Shown in pieces: positions 1 through 10,742 of a DNA stretch of 64,000 nt. The stretch comes from Saprospiraceae bacterium. Lineage in GTDB: Bacteria > Bacteroidota > Bacteroidia > Chitinophagales > Saprospiraceae. The stretch covers positions 3,058-67,057 of the forward strand of contig JAEUUP010000027.1 in the NCBI GenBank assembly GCA_016787525.1, in the 5' to 3' direction. The notes below the pieces were generated by a model that did no database searches, was not told the DNA's origin, and worked only from the letters and a program-made list of their open reading frames with translations. Every line of letters begins with the position of its first letter. Within the stretch, counting starts at the first letter, position 1. Both the position numbers and the translations under genes were made by a program.

Positions 1-119
1 ATTCATATCCGCATTGGCATATATTTTTGTCAACAGAGATATTTTGATAGAAATATTGCGTGATGGGTTACCTTGATATTGTCTGGTGAATGAACAATGG
101 TGATTAATGATTATATTTT

Positions 120-794
120 TTACTTCTCCAAAGGCACCCAAATTTGTTTATCCCAATCAAAACGTTCTTTATGATTGATGTTTTTCTTATAATCATATTT
201 TGACTTCTGAATGTAGGCATGACCTGGGTAGTGGTATTTTTTATCTTTTTTTATGCCATTTAAAATTTCACATAACAAGGTATAAGTACCTAAACTACGA
301 TTCATCTCATTGGGGTCATAAAAGGCAGTTGTACTGTACTGAAGGTTAGGCGTTACATCAAAAAAACTACATGCGATAAGCTTATCATGCTTGTATAAAC
401 ACAATTCATGCATCGGAAAAGGTGTACCATTGTCCGATACCCATACATAAAGGTCAGCAAATCGGTTGAAACGATTGATGTACCACTGGTCAAACAGCTC
501 CAATTTTTCCCATGTAATATGTGCTGGACGAATGATTTTGACGAGGTCATCGTTGCGACGTAGATTGATACGTTGGCTTTTTGTAAAATCAAATTGAGGT
601 GATAACTTATAACGCAAAGGCATCAATTCTAAAGGTGAAATAATTTCCACGCCATTTTGTATCGTCAAAATATACTCGAATCGCCGCCGAAAAAAGTTTT
701 CACCCACTCGATCCCAACCGTCAAGCAACAGTTGTTCCCAATCTATCAATGACATTCGCTCTCTGTCTAACCGCTGGTTGAAGTCTTGCACCAT
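120..794 (-). CDS. bpt: Arginyl/leucyl-tRNA--protein transferase family (Bpt/ATE-like aspartate/glutamate leucyltransferase)
   Basis: 224-aa ORF. The internal segment ...KLIACSFFDVTPNLQYSTTAFYDP... resembles the conserved '...SxVYTFYDP' core of the Bpt/ATE1 family, and the length fits bacterial Bpt. Confidence 0.5.
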   Translation of the reverse strand: MVQDFNQRLDRERMSLIDWEQLLLDGWDRVGENFFRRRFEYILTIQNGVEIISPLELMPLRYKLSPQFDFTKSQRINLRRNDDLVKIIRPAHITWEKLELFDQWYINRFNRFADLYVWVSDNGTPFPMHELCLYKHDKLIACSFFDVTPNLQYSTTAFYDPNEMNRSLGTYTLLCEILNGIKKDKKYHYPGHAYIQKSKYDYKKNINHKERFDWDKQIWVPLEK

Positions 795-942
795 ATCTAA
801 TGACCCACAATTGAATTAACACCTAACAATTTTTGTCTAAAAGCTATTTTTACTGAGGGGGCTATTTTGAGGACAAAAATAAGTCATAAAACACAAAAGC
901 CGTTGCAAACATTAAAGTTTACAACGGCTTTTTTCACTTTCG

Positions 943-1025
943 TACCTCGGGCGGGACTCGAACCCGCACGAGCTAATGCTCACAGGATTTTAAGTCCTGC
1001 GTGTCTACCATTCCACCACCAAGGC
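943..1025 (-). tRNA. tRNA-Leu (anticodon TAA), long variable arm
   Basis: Manual fold of the reverse complement: acceptor GCCTTGG/CCGAGGT with wobble pairs, anticodon loop CTTAAAA, long extra arm, T-arm GCGGGTTCGAGTCCCGC. About 83 nt; CCA is not encoded. Confidence 0.8.
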
Positions 1026-1123
1026 AATACGACAATGTTGTGCAAATGTATAAAAAGTCTCTTTCAAAACAAAAAAAAAGCCACCTTTTCAGATGGCTAT
1101 TTCTTTACTTTTCGCAGAAAGAG

Positions 1124-1196
1124 AGCGGAAAACGAGACTCGAACTCGCGACCCCAACCTTGGCAAGGTTGTGCTCTACCAACTGAGCTACTTCCGC
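1124..1196 (-). tRNA. tRNA-Gly (anticodon GCC)
   Basis: Reverse complement GCGGAAGTAGCTCAGTTGGTAGAGCACAACCTTGCCAAGGTTG...GCGAGTTCGAGTCTCGTTTTCCGCT. Canonical D-loop and T-loop, anticodon loop TTGCCAA, 73 nt. Confidence 0.8.
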
Positions 1197-1360
1197 TTTT
1201 TTTGATTTATCAATATCGCCTTTGCGAATTGCGATGCAAATATACAGCACTAATGTTTTGATAACCAAATTTTTTTAGAGTTTTTTTTCAAAAAAAACTT
1301 CACACTAATTCTAATCTATTAATTATCAATCATTTAAGTTAGAAAAAAAATCATTCACAC

Positions 1361-2830
1361 TTATTCTTTGAGAGCTTTACTCAATTCATCTTTATCGTCG
1401 AAAGGAAGCTTGACACCATTGATTTCTTGATATTTTTCATGACCTTTACCTGCCAAAAGTATAATATCTCCTTTCTGAGCCAATTTTACAGCAGTTCTAA
1501 TGGCTTGGCGGCGGTCAGCTATCTCAAGCACTTTACTCGCATCTTTTACAGCTATATCCACCTTCATTTGTTCGATGATACTGAGGGGGTCTTCCGAGCG
1601 AGGATTGTCGGAGGTCAGGATCAATGTATCACTCAATGTGACACCTATTTTACCCATGATACGCCTTTTGGCAGGGTCACGATCGCCCCCTGCGCCTGTC
1701 AGTGTGATAATTTTTTGAGTGCCTTTCCTAAAGTGTCGAATTGTCTCTAGTACATTTTCTAAAGCATCGGGCGTATGAGCATAATCTACAATACCAACAA
1801 TATCCCTTTGGATGTCATGAATGTAATCAAAACGGCCTTCTGCTCCTTTTAAATTAGACAAAATGGTCAGCACTTCTAGTTTGTCCGCACCCAATAAAAC
1901 TGCCGCAGAATAAACAGCTAAAAGATTATAAGCATTGAATTCGCCTATCATTCTGGCATAAAAATCATGCCCATCCATATCTAAATGCAATCCAAGTAAA
2001 CCATTTTCAATGATTTTCGCCTTAAAATCTGCTACTTTCCGCAGTGCATAGCTGTACTTTTGGGCTTTCGTATTCTGTAACATAAACCGTCCATTGCGAT
2101 CATCGTTATTGGTCAAAGCGAAAGCGTTTTTGGATAAACCATCAAAAAGTAATTTTTTGGCATCTCGATAGTTCTCAAAAGTTTTGTGGTAGTCCAAATG
2201 GTCATGAGTAATATTTGAAAAAATCGCTCCCGTAAACTGAATGCCTGAGACACGATTTTGTGCCAGTGCGTGGCTTGATACTTCCATAAATGCAAATTGG
2301 CACCCCTCAGTAACCATCTCACAAAACAACTGTTGCAAAGCAATTTGGTCAGGCGTAGTGTGTGTAGAAGGTAAAGTTCGACTTGCAACACGATATTCGA
2401 CCGTAGAAATCAAGCCGCATTTATAGCCTAAACCCGCAAACAAATCGTAAAGTAGAGTCGCAGTTGAGGTTTTGCCATTAGTCCCCGTCACGCCCACAAC
2501 TTTGAGGTTTTGAGTCGGATTGTCGTAAAAGTTTGCAGCTAAACTACCCAAAGCAGCCGAAGCATTTTCTACTTTTATAAATCTCGCAAGTGTATCAATA
2601 ACAGGAATCTCTTCACAAATAATAGCACTTGCACCGTTTTCAATGGCTTTTGAAATAAAATCATGTCCATCTACTTGAGTACCTCGCACAGCGACAAAAA
2701 GGCTATTCTGCACCACTTTGCGGCTATCAAAAGCAATTTTTGAGATATTGGTATCTGTATCACCATGACTATCGAGGATTTCTACCCCCCTCAGTATTTC
2801 TGATAATTTTTTCATTATTTTGATTGGCAT
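1361..2830 (-). CDS. murE: UDP-N-acetylmuramoyl-L-alanyl-D-glutamate--2,6-diaminopimelate ligase (MurE)
   Basis: 489 aa. Mur ligase P-loop VVGVTGTNGKTSTA, central and C-terminal Mur ligase domains, and position in the dcw cluster next to ftsI. Confidence 0.9.
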   Translation of the reverse strand: MPIKIMKKLSEILRGVEILDSHGDTDTNISKIAFDSRKVVQNSLFVAVRGTQVDGHDFISKAIENGASAIICEEIPVIDTLARFIKVENASAALGSLAANFYDNPTQNLKVVGVTGTNGKTSTATLLYDLFAGLGYKCGLISTVEYRVASRTLPSTHTTPDQIALQQLFCEMVTEGCQFAFMEVSSHALAQNRVSGIQFTGAIFSNITHDHLDYHKTFENYRDAKKLLFDGLSKNAFALTNNDDRNGRFMLQNTKAQKYSYALRKVADFKAKIIENGLLGLHLDMDGHDFYARMIGEFNAYNLLAVYSAAVLLGADKLEVLTILSNLKGAEGRFDYIHDIQRDIVGIVDYAHTPDALENVLETIRHFRKGTQKIITLTGAGGDRDPAKRRIMGKIGVTLSDTLILTSDNPRSEDPLSIIEQMKVDIAVKDASKVLEIADRRQAIRTAVKLAQKGDIILLAGKGHEKYQEINGVKLPFDDKDELSKALKE

Positions 2831-2916
2831 GTTTAAACACTATCATTGCAAGTTTTTGGTGGCTACAAAATCGTGTATATGACAAATCGTTACAGAAAGA
2901 ATTGTTTTTATATTGA

Positions 2917-2998
2917 ATTACTGTTTTAAAACTTAAAACGACAATTACTGACTGTTTTTCTGCTCCGAAGGAGTCCTTTGGACAAGCAGAAAAAAGCG
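2917..2998. repeat. Partial copy (left half) of a MITE/REP-like palindromic element, core TTTTTCTGCTCCGAAGGAGTCCTTTGGACAAGCAGAAAAAA
   Basis: Shares CTGTTTTAAAAC...ACTGTTTTTCTGCTCCGAAGGAGTCC(T)TTGGACAAGCAGAAAAAAGCG with the full element at 36851-37147 and the core at 15395-15440. It lies in the murE-ftsI intergenic space. Confidence 0.6.
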
Positions 2999-3068
2999 TA
3001 TAAAGAAGAAGTTTTATAGAGCGAATAATGTTGTCGCTATTACCTTACCACTGCATAATATCAGTGAA

Positions 3069-5195
3069 TTAATCTAATCTTATCGAAATAATATTGCCAG
3101 GATATGCTACACTACCTGGATTAAGAGACTGAGCAACTACTTTTCCATAACCACTGAACGACACACGAAGACCTCTATTTTCAAGTAAATAAAGGGCATC
3201 TTTCAAACCCATACCCACTACTGAGGGGACTTGTTTGAGATTACCGACGTTGCGGGTCATAACATTTAAAGTGTCACTTTTGGCACGTAGAACTGTCCAA
3301 TCCTCATTTTTTGAGGCTACTATTTCGTGCTTTAACTCTACATTTTGCAACATTTTGAGTAAATCACCTTTATAGCCTACGTCATCGGGCAATAAAGCAG
3401 GTGATGGTACGGGTTTACCTTTCTGGTTGATAGGGTCACTCAATGCTATATTAGAAGAAACTAACTTATCTGCAATTTCGCGAAAAACAGGAGCAGCGAC
3501 AGTTCCTCCATAATGTCCTGTTTTGGGTTTTGAAATGGCTATAATACACGAATAAACGGGATTTTCAGCAGGGAAATAACCTACGAATGAGCCTAAATAA
3601 CCTCCTGTATGTTTTTTACCTTTATCTTTTGAATAATTCAATTGTGCGGTCCCTGTTTTTCCAGCAAAGCGATACTGAGGGGTGCGTAGATGATAAGCTG
3701 TTCCTCCTGGTAGTTCTACGACTGACTCTAACAATTCTTTTGCTTGCGACAAAGCATCTTTTGACGCTATGCTTTTATTGATAATAGTCGGTTTAAATAG
3801 TTTCTGAGTTTCATTGAATCGGCGGATCTCGCTGACCAAATAAGGCTTCATCATCACCCCATCGTTTGCAACAGCATTGTAAAATGTCAATAACTGTAAA
3901 GGTGTGATTTCCAATTCATAACCCACACTCATCCAAGGCAAAGTAATACCACTCCATGTTGCATCATCCGCGTTTTTAATGTTTGGAGGTGTCTCTCCTT
4001 CAAGCTCAATGCCCGTCGGAATGGTTAGATTGAACTCTTGTAAGTGTTTGATAAATTTTTGGCGTTTATCATTAAAATAATTGTAAACCAGTTTTGAAAC
4101 GCCGACATTCGATGACGCTGAGAAGGCTTCTTTAACTGTCATAAGGTTTTTTTTAGCCCGTTCGTGGTCTTCCAAAACAACATCTGAGTATTGGTGTCTG
4201 CCGCCTTCTATATCCACAGTATCACTTAATCTGACTGCATTTTCTTCCAAAAGTGCCAGCATTGAAGCTAATTTAAATGTCGAACCTGGCTCTACTTTGA
4301 TGCCCACAGCATAATTATAGTCTTCCCACCAACCGTCTTTTGTTCGACTAACGTTAGAAATGGCTTTAATTTTACCTGTTTTCACCTCCATAACAATCGC
4401 TGTACCATGCTCGGCTTGGTAAGCATCGCAAGAACGAATCAGAGCTGTTTGGGTAATATCTTGAATATTTACATCGAGCGTTGTTACCAAGTCATTACCA
4501 TTTCGCGGTTCAATATCGGTCAGGTCTTGTAGCGGTATCCACACATCATTGCCCACGCGAATCATCGGTACATTTTCTTTCCCACCACTCAGTTCTTTGT
4601 CAAAACGCCCTTCTAACCCGATTTTTAAATCATCTTTTGTATAACCTAAAGTCCTAAGAGCCAGCATCTTAAAAGGATGTTCGCGACGATTGGTTCTGAC
4701 TGCTATAAACCCGTTTGAGCGACCTCCTCTGAAAACTGGAAAAGTTTTCAAAATACTCAATTCTTCAAAAGTAACATCTTTTTTTATGAGTTCATAACGA
4801 CTTTTGGCGTTGAAATGTGCCCACAGATAATTCCTCCATTCATCAATAGTTGTTTTTTCTGGTGTTAAATAAGTGGTCAAACTCCAAGCCAAGGAATCTA
4901 AACTTTTGACAAACTCCTCTTTGCTCAAACCATCTGCGCCAAAGTCCATACGAACTTCAAAAAAAGGGATAGAAGTAGCCAGCAGAGACCCATCTTCTGC
5001 CAAAATATTACCTCTTTCACCTGGAACTTCTCGGTTTTGAATATACCGTTTATCTGCTTCTTTGCGCCATCTATCCCCTTCTTTTGTGACCAGCACAAAC
5101 GCTTTAAAGAAGATAATGATAGCCACAAAAATGACGATACCTGTCACGATATAAACGCGTAATAAGACATTATCTCTTATATTTCCTATTGCCAT
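3069..5195 (-). CDS. ftsI: Peptidoglycan D,D-transpeptidase FtsI / penicillin-binding protein (class B PBP with C-terminal PASTA-like domain)
   Basis: 708 aa. N-terminal TM helix, PBP dimerisation domain, transpeptidase motifs (STFK-like 'GSTFKL', SxN, KTG 'KTGTA'), and dcw cluster context. Confidence 0.85.
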   Translation of the reverse strand: MAIGNIRDNVLLRVYIVTGIVIFVAIIIFFKAFVLVTKEGDRWRKEADKRYIQNREVPGERGNILAEDGSLLATSIPFFEVRMDFGADGLSKEEFVKSLDSLAWSLTTYLTPEKTTIDEWRNYLWAHFNAKSRYELIKKDVTFEELSILKTFPVFRGGRSNGFIAVRTNRREHPFKMLALRTLGYTKDDLKIGLEGRFDKELSGGKENVPMIRVGNDVWIPLQDLTDIEPRNGNDLVTTLDVNIQDITQTALIRSCDAYQAEHGTAIVMEVKTGKIKAISNVSRTKDGWWEDYNYAVGIKVEPGSTFKLASMLALLEENAVRLSDTVDIEGGRHQYSDVVLEDHERAKKNLMTVKEAFSASSNVGVSKLVYNYFNDKRQKFIKHLQEFNLTIPTGIELEGETPPNIKNADDATWSGITLPWMSVGYELEITPLQLLTFYNAVANDGVMMKPYLVSEIRRFNETQKLFKPTIINKSIASKDALSQAKELLESVVELPGGTAYHLRTPQYRFAGKTGTAQLNYSKDKGKKHTGGYLGSFVGYFPAENPVYSCIIAISKPKTGHYGGTVAAPVFREIADKLVSSNIALSDPINQKGKPVPSPALLPDDVGYKGDLLKMLQNVELKHEIVASKNEDWTVLRAKSDTLNVMTRNVGNLKQVPSVVGMGLKDALYLLENRGLRVSFSGYGKVVAQSLNPGSVAYPGNIISIRLD

Positions 5196-5314
5196 ATTTG
5201 ATAAAATATGAGGTATAAATTATGAAATAAGTAGTCATTGGTCACTGTTCTTAAGTCATTACTATTCAAATACTAAAACAATTCCCGATTATTTAAGTCG
5301 AACAACTTAATTAG

Positions 5315-5629
5315 TCATTTCACGACAATTCTTTTTGTTCTTTGGTTGGTTGCGCGCAAACCAAATGGCTCGACTCGTTTTTCGATTTCAGATTGTTTCG
5401 TCGAAAGCATAACATTGGCTTTGGCTTCGTTGTATCGCCATTTCAAGTCTTTGATTTCTTTTTCCAAGGCTTGAATTTGACGTACTTGTTTATCCGCAAA
5501 ATTGGAATTGGCAATATAGATCAAGCCTAAAAAGAAAATGAAAAACACAAATGGAATATTACCAAATATCCAATCAGACATCATAGTGCCGACGTGAGTG
5601 TAATCTTTGAGAGGACGTGCTAATGCCAT
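5315..5629 (-). CDS. ftsL: FtsL-like cell division membrane protein (true start possibly the internal Met of MMSDW...)
   Basis: Small single-TM protein with a coiled-coil periplasmic part, sitting between rsmH and ftsI as FtsL does in dcw clusters. Confidence 0.5.
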   Translation of the reverse strand: MALARPLKDYTHVGTMMSDWIFGNIPFVFFIFFLGLIYIANSNFADKQVRQIQALEKEIKDLKWRYNEAKANVMLSTKQSEIEKRVEPFGLRATNQRTKRIVVK

Positions 5630-5714
5630 TTTTTATTGAATTAAAGGTTTACATGTTAAAAAAATTAATGAAACTCTCGTTAAAATCTCCGTCTTTGTTC
5701 TTCAAATCAAAAAA

Positions 5715-6617
5715 TTATACTTTCTCTGCAACACGTAACTTTGCTGAGCGTGCACGTGGATTGTTCCGAATTTCTTCTTGTGTTGGCTCAATCGGTTTCT
5801 TTGTAATCACTTTAAATGGGCGATGGATGTTGCCATAAAAATCGGATTGTAATTCACCGTCGAAGTTAGCACTTTTCATAAAATTTTTCACTAAACGGTC
5901 TTCAATTGAATGAAAAGTAATAACTGCTAATCGTCCTCCTGTTGTCAAAACGTCTAAACTTTGTTGTAAAAAATCTTTTAATGCACCCACTTCGTCGTTT
6001 ACTTCCATACGCAAGGCTTGAAAAACTTGTGACCGATAGCGTATTTTATCACCCATACTGAGGGGGTCGCTGACAGCTAAAAGGTCGCTGATATTTTGAA
6101 AAATTTTTCCTGAACGAGCCGCGACTAAAGCTTGTGCCAAAGTTTTAGCATTGCGCACCTCGCCGTATTCACTCAAAATTTTTTGCAGATTTTCGGCAGT
6201 AAAACTGTTTAAGATATCCGCTGCCGTTTTACCTTCATTCTGATTCATTCGCATATCCAAAGGAGCATCGAAGCGGTATGAAAAACCTCGCTCTGCTTCA
6301 TCAAATTGATGCGATGACACACCCAAATCCGCCAAAATGCCATCTACACGTCGAATTGCCGAAAAACGTAACATACGCTTCAGTTCTCTAAAATTATGAT
6401 TCAAGAACATAAATCGCTTATCTTCAAGCATTTGCGAACGTACATCTTCGTCTTGATCGAAACCAATCAGCTTGCCATTTGTAGTCAAGCCCATCAGTAT
6501 CAAACGGCTATGACCGCCTCCACCGAAGGTCGCATCTACATACGTTCCATCGGGTCGTACATTCAAAGCTTCGACTGCCTCATTGAGTAAAACAGTTGTA
6601 TGATAAGTTGCAGACAT
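5715..6617 (-). CDS. rsmH: 16S rRNA (cytosine1402-N4)-methyltransferase RsmH (MraW)
   Basis: 300 aa. N-terminal ...YVDATFGGGGHS... SAM-binding motif, and conserved position after mraZ. Confidence 0.9.
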   Translation of the reverse strand: MSATYHTTVLLNEAVEALNVRPDGTYVDATFGGGGHSRLILMGLTTNGKLIGFDQDEDVRSQMLEDKRFMFLNHNFRELKRMLRFSAIRRVDGILADLGVSSHQFDEAERGFSYRFDAPLDMRMNQNEGKTAADILNSFTAENLQKILSEYGEVRNAKTLAQALVAARSGKIFQNISDLLAVSDPLSMGDKIRYRSQVFQALRMEVNDEVGALKDFLQQSLDVLTTGGRLAVITFHSIEDRLVKNFMKSANFDGELQSDFYGNIHRPFKVITKKPIEPTQEEIRNNPRARSAKLRVAEKV

Positions 6618-6848
6618 AGACTTATTGCTTATTTTAGGCGCAAGGTAGGTTTTTCCTAAAAAAAATTCTGGATTTTGACTGACAACTCGTTTAAGTAACC
6701 CATTGTCAACAAAATCCAGAATTAGTAAATTGATAAAAATGTAAGATATCGTGTTTCACAGTGTGAGGTGTGTACTCTAATGTGTGTGTGTGTGTAAGTA
6801 AAAAAAAACGATTTTGGTTTTGTGTGCAATAATTTTTGGTTCAAAGAA

Positions 6849-7301
6849 TTACTCGCTTCGGTTACCCAAAACTTTTTGGGCTAATTCTGCCATCGTCGTA
6901 TCACCACCATTCATCATAGTTTCATACTCAGTAGCATCCCAAATTTCAATTTTATTGCCATAGGCATTTAAAATAACTTCTTTTTCTAATCCAGCAAATT
7001 CACAGAGCCTTTTCGGAACGAGAATGCGCATTTGGTCGTCCATTTCAATATCCGTTGCGCCATTGTGAAATCTGCGCAGGAATTGTCGTGTATCGTTGTC
7101 GTACAAATTTAGTTTCTCAAACTCCTTTACCGTAGTCTCCCAAACTTCAATGGGATAAAGAGTTAAATGTTTTTCGAACCCTTTGTTCAGCACAAAATGA
7201 TATTCATTTCGCTCGCCTAACTTCTTCAAAAGAGACGAAGGCAATCGAATCCGCCCTTTGGCATCCATCGAACAATCATATTCGCCACGTAGGTTGAGCA
7301 T
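6849..7301 (-). CDS. mraZ: Transcriptional regulator MraZ
   Basis: 150 aa with a duplicated MraZ/SpoVT-AbrB-like fold ('DAKGRIRLP' ... 'DDQMRILVP'). First gene of the dcw cluster. Confidence 0.85.
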   Translation of the reverse strand: MLNLRGEYDCSMDAKGRIRLPSSLLKKLGERNEYHFVLNKGFEKHLTLYPIEVWETTVKEFEKLNLYDNDTRQFLRRFHNGATDIEMDDQMRILVPKRLCEFAGLEKEVILNAYGNKIEIWDATEYETMMNGGDTTMAELAQKVLGNRSE

Positions 7302-7765
7302 TTTTCATTCATTTTTCTGTCCGCTATTCGTCTCTCTTTTTCCTAAAAAAACTAGTTTGAATCGCTTATTGCTGTTTCATGGTTCAAAAGTAGTACCTTT
7401 TTTCCACATTCTCCCACTTTTTCCCACTTATTTTTCACAAAATATTTATCCACATTTCCACATTCTGAACAACATATTGACATCCAACATTTTACATGTA
7501 GGATATAAATTTTAATAGTGCAAAAATAATTTTCATTTTTTTTGACTGCTCCGAAGCATAGGAAGTGGTTATCTATCCAATCACCATTCCAATACTGAGG
7601 GGTATTTCTAAGTACTCAAAAACAGCAAAAAAAAAGGTAGTTTTCGCAAACTACCTCTAATAACCGAAGCCAATTAATAAGTTGGTGGTAAAATGTGGTT
7701 AATATGTATCATCTAGAACTTTAGATTAAACAAAAAAATATTGAAACCAATTAATCTATTTTTCA

Positions 7766-9616
7766 TCAGTCCTTAGTTGCTTTTAACACATGCTTCGTTA
7801 CCGAACGATTGTAAATATTGGTAAATGTCAACATATAGTTACCATCTTGAAATCTCGACAAATCTAATTTGATTTCCTTCACATCGGTCGAAATAGGCGT
7901 TTCATAAACCAATAATCCTTTACTGTTGAAGACGTGGAGTCGTTTATAACTATAAATAGACTCCCATTTCACACGAAAAATACCCGTTGAAGGATTAGGA
8001 AACACTCGAATGCCTTTTACTTCTGCATCAACCGAGCCACCGCTGTTGTCATCTTTTTTCTTAACAGTAACTGTCACTAAGTCACGCATAGAATAATATT
8101 TTGCTTGATTAGGATCCTTTATCAAGTAATCATCCTCCGACGAAAAGCGAAAAACATACGTTCCTGCTTCGCTACATTTTACTTTTGTTGCCCGTGATTT
8201 AGTATTTTCAAACGAAACATCGCCAACGCCTGACACTTTTTCCCATAAAACAGGTAGCGAGTCGTTGAGTACGCCATCCTTATACACCCGCCCCCTCAGT
8301 ATGACAGAGTCTAAAAGCACTTCTTTTTGGTCTTCACCTGCTTGAATATCGTATGTTTTTTTAAAAGAAAATGGGTTTTCAAATCCTGTCAGATGCTGAT
8401 GAAAAAAAGAATATCGTCCAAACCAGTACTCTTCGGGATAGTTATGCCCTATTTCTCGCAAATGCAACATTGTCGCTGCACCCAAGTATTGATTGTAGGC
8501 AGCAAAATGGGTAGCAGTAGGTGTCACATCGTCCTTATAACCCGTTTGAATCATCAAAGCCCCTTTGTAGCGTTTCAAAAAATAAACAGCATCGTGGTAT
8601 TTTGAGGCTATTTTCACTTTGTTCGTATCCATACCCAACGATGCACCTTGTATATTATAACGTGGAAAACCACTCGCTCGATGGTAGCGCGTACCTTGTT
8701 GCTCCGAGTTGGCTGGTGCTATGGCTAAAACAGCCTTCACCCGCTCATCCAAACCTGCCAAAGTGATAGATAAGCCACCACCCTGCGAATTACCACAAAG
8801 CCCCAAACTACCATTGAAATCGGGTCGAGATGCGACATAATCAATTGCCCTCAAACCACCTAAAACCATCCAACGGTTGTAAAACTTTGTTGGGTCAGTT
8901 AAATCATTAGGTTTGTAAGCATTTGAGTCTTCTTGGTTGGGAGGCGTGTTATGAACAGTCAGTTGGACGATTATTGACTTACATTTTTCAGCAAAATCGG
9001 TCACTACAAAGCCATCTGGTTCAAAAGGGACTGTACCAAAGGGAGGCAATTGGATAATCGCTGGAAACTTACCACTACCCGCAGGTATTGCTATATAACC
9101 ATTGACTGTCCGTCCGTCCACATTGTCTAATCGCAGGACATAGAGTTTTGAACCATTGGGCAATGTATTTTTTAAAGTGAGTTGTGGATTGATGGGAATC
9201 GCTTTGAGTTTTTCCTTTTCTTTTTTCCAAAAATCGTCAAAATCAGATGGCTCTGTTTCGATTGGCTGAATGTTATGTGGGTCGAATACGGCACTGACCC
9301 AAGCAACCTGTCCATTCTGTTCTGCCTTGAAAAAAATCGCTCCTGGATGAGGTAGATTGAACAGCACAACAGTGTCTGAGCGTCCTTGTTGAATCGTAAA
9401 ACTGCCTTTTTTAATCACTGAACTTTCGTCTCGAGGGTCATACCAAATAGAATAAGAGCCAGTTCCAAACACATTTGATGAAATACGAAATGCAGCCTTC
9501 TCACCTGCGGCATAAGTGGCTTTCACATTATCCATTGTGATTTTGACTTGACTTTTAAGGAAAAAGGGGGAAAACAATAGGTTGATGGCAACCAGAAATC
9601 GTTGGCAGTTCTTCAT
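7766..9616 (-). CDS. Secreted alpha/beta hydrolase (acetylxylan esterase / CE7-like, GNSQGG nucleophile motif) with C-terminal T9SS sorting domain
   Basis: 616 aa with a signal peptide. GNSQGGGLS matches GxSxG in AXE1-like context. The C-terminal ~80 aa (VFPNPSTGIF...YMLTFTN...) resembles a Por_Secre_tail. Confidence 0.5.
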   Translation of the reverse strand: MKNCQRFLVAINLLFSPFFLKSQVKITMDNVKATYAAGEKAAFRISSNVFGTGSYSIWYDPRDESSVIKKGSFTIQQGRSDTVVLFNLPHPGAIFFKAEQNGQVAWVSAVFDPHNIQPIETEPSDFDDFWKKEKEKLKAIPINPQLTLKNTLPNGSKLYVLRLDNVDGRTVNGYIAIPAGSGKFPAIIQLPPFGTVPFEPDGFVVTDFAEKCKSIIVQLTVHNTPPNQEDSNAYKPNDLTDPTKFYNRWMVLGGLRAIDYVASRPDFNGSLGLCGNSQGGGLSITLAGLDERVKAVLAIAPANSEQQGTRYHRASGFPRYNIQGASLGMDTNKVKIASKYHDAVYFLKRYKGALMIQTGYKDDVTPTATHFAAYNQYLGAATMLHLREIGHNYPEEYWFGRYSFFHQHLTGFENPFSFKKTYDIQAGEDQKEVLLDSVILRGRVYKDGVLNDSLPVLWEKVSGVGDVSFENTKSRATKVKCSEAGTYVFRFSSEDDYLIKDPNQAKYYSMRDLVTVTVKKKDDNSGGSVDAEVKGIRVFPNPSTGIFRVKWESIYSYKRLHVFNSKGLLVYETPISTDVKEIKLDLSRFQDGNYMLTFTNIYNRSVTKHVLKATKD

Positions 9617-9678
9617 AGTCGGTCAATTTTGTTTGTTTTTTGAAAAATAGAAACCCAATATTTCAAACGACAATCTTA

Positions 9679-10728
9679 TCATTTCATTGTCTTTATCCAT
9701 TCACGAATCAATTCGACCCCCTCAGTATGCACCAACGCGCGACCTACTTCGGGCATCATTTCGCCTGGATTTGTCGTAGCCATGCGATACAACAAGATAC
9801 TCTCAGCGGGTTTTTGAGGAAAAATATCGTATTTCAAATTGCCCGAACCACGTCCAGCCGCCACAGGTGTTTTATAGAAGCCATAAGCCGTTGAATCTTT
9901 TGTTTTCCAATCTAAAAACAAACCCGATGTCACGGCTGGGCCACTCAAATTGTGACAATGGGCGCAATTGATGTCCAAATATGCCCGCGCTTTAGCATCT
10001 AAGGATGCCGCTTTATCCTCCCAATTTGGAAATTTTGGGACAGCTGTAATGTCCGGAGGCAACCCCCTCAGTATGCCAATCTTTGACCAATGTAGTAATT
10101 GATTTTCTGCGCCCAAATCTCCATTCAATTGCCGTGCAGAAGGCCCGATAGGCGACATTTTATCACCGCGAATATGACACCCACGGCATTGATTAACATT
10201 AGGAATCAAATAGTCGAAAGATTGTTTTTTACCTTTCGCATCTTTGAAAACCACTTTTTTAGTATCACCAGCAGGTTCTAAAGTCGCTTCTGTTTGCTCA
10301 TCGTTCCAAACATAAGGCAAAGCTACCCAGCCACCATCATCATCTCTCAAAAGAACCCTCGTTTCTAAAATACGTCGCCCTTTTTTCTCATCTTTAAAGT
10401 CATTGGGATAGTAAAAAGTCTTAATTATTTTAGTGCCAATCGGAAATTGCAAGACGGAATCAGCATTATAATCTACTGTTTTGCCATCAGGTAACTGCAC
10501 AAAGCGCAATTTTTGAGCATAATCTGAAAACAAAGGCATATTTAAACCATAATTTACAACACCCTTTGCAGGCTTTTGTTCCGACATTTTGCCCTCAAAA
10601 AAACCGTATTCTGACAGATTATCTTTGATAGTTGATGGCATTACTGAGGGGATGTCATTTGGTGAAAACGACATCAAAATCACAATAAAAACAAATAGAC
10701 AAAAAGTAAATAGTTTAAATTTAAGCAT
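9679..10728 (-). CDS. Di-haem c-type cytochrome family protein (secreted)
   Basis: 349 aa with a signal peptide and two CxxCH haem-binding motifs (CRGCH, CAHCH). Confidence 0.5.
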   Translation of the reverse strand: MLKFKLFTFCLFVFIVILMSFSPNDIPSVMPSTIKDNLSEYGFFEGKMSEQKPAKGVVNYGLNMPLFSDYAQKLRFVQLPDGKTVDYNADSVLQFPIGTKIIKTFYYPNDFKDEKKGRRILETRVLLRDDDGGWVALPYVWNDEQTEATLEPAGDTKKVVFKDAKGKKQSFDYLIPNVNQCRGCHIRGDKMSPIGPSARQLNGDLGAENQLLHWSKIGILRGLPPDITAVPKFPNWEDKAASLDAKARAYLDINCAHCHNLSGPAVTSGLFLDWKTKDSTAYGFYKTPVAAGRGSGNLKYDIFPQKPAESILLYRMATTNPGEMMPEVGRALVHTEGVELIREWIKTMK

Positions 10729-10742
10729 CGTATTTTTAGTTT

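Noticed and set aside
867-1261. ORFs 867..1205 (+) and 1001..1261 (+)
   Set aside because: They overlap two well-folded tRNA genes, tRNA-Leu and tRNA-Gly on the minus strand, and have odd composition. They are spurious.
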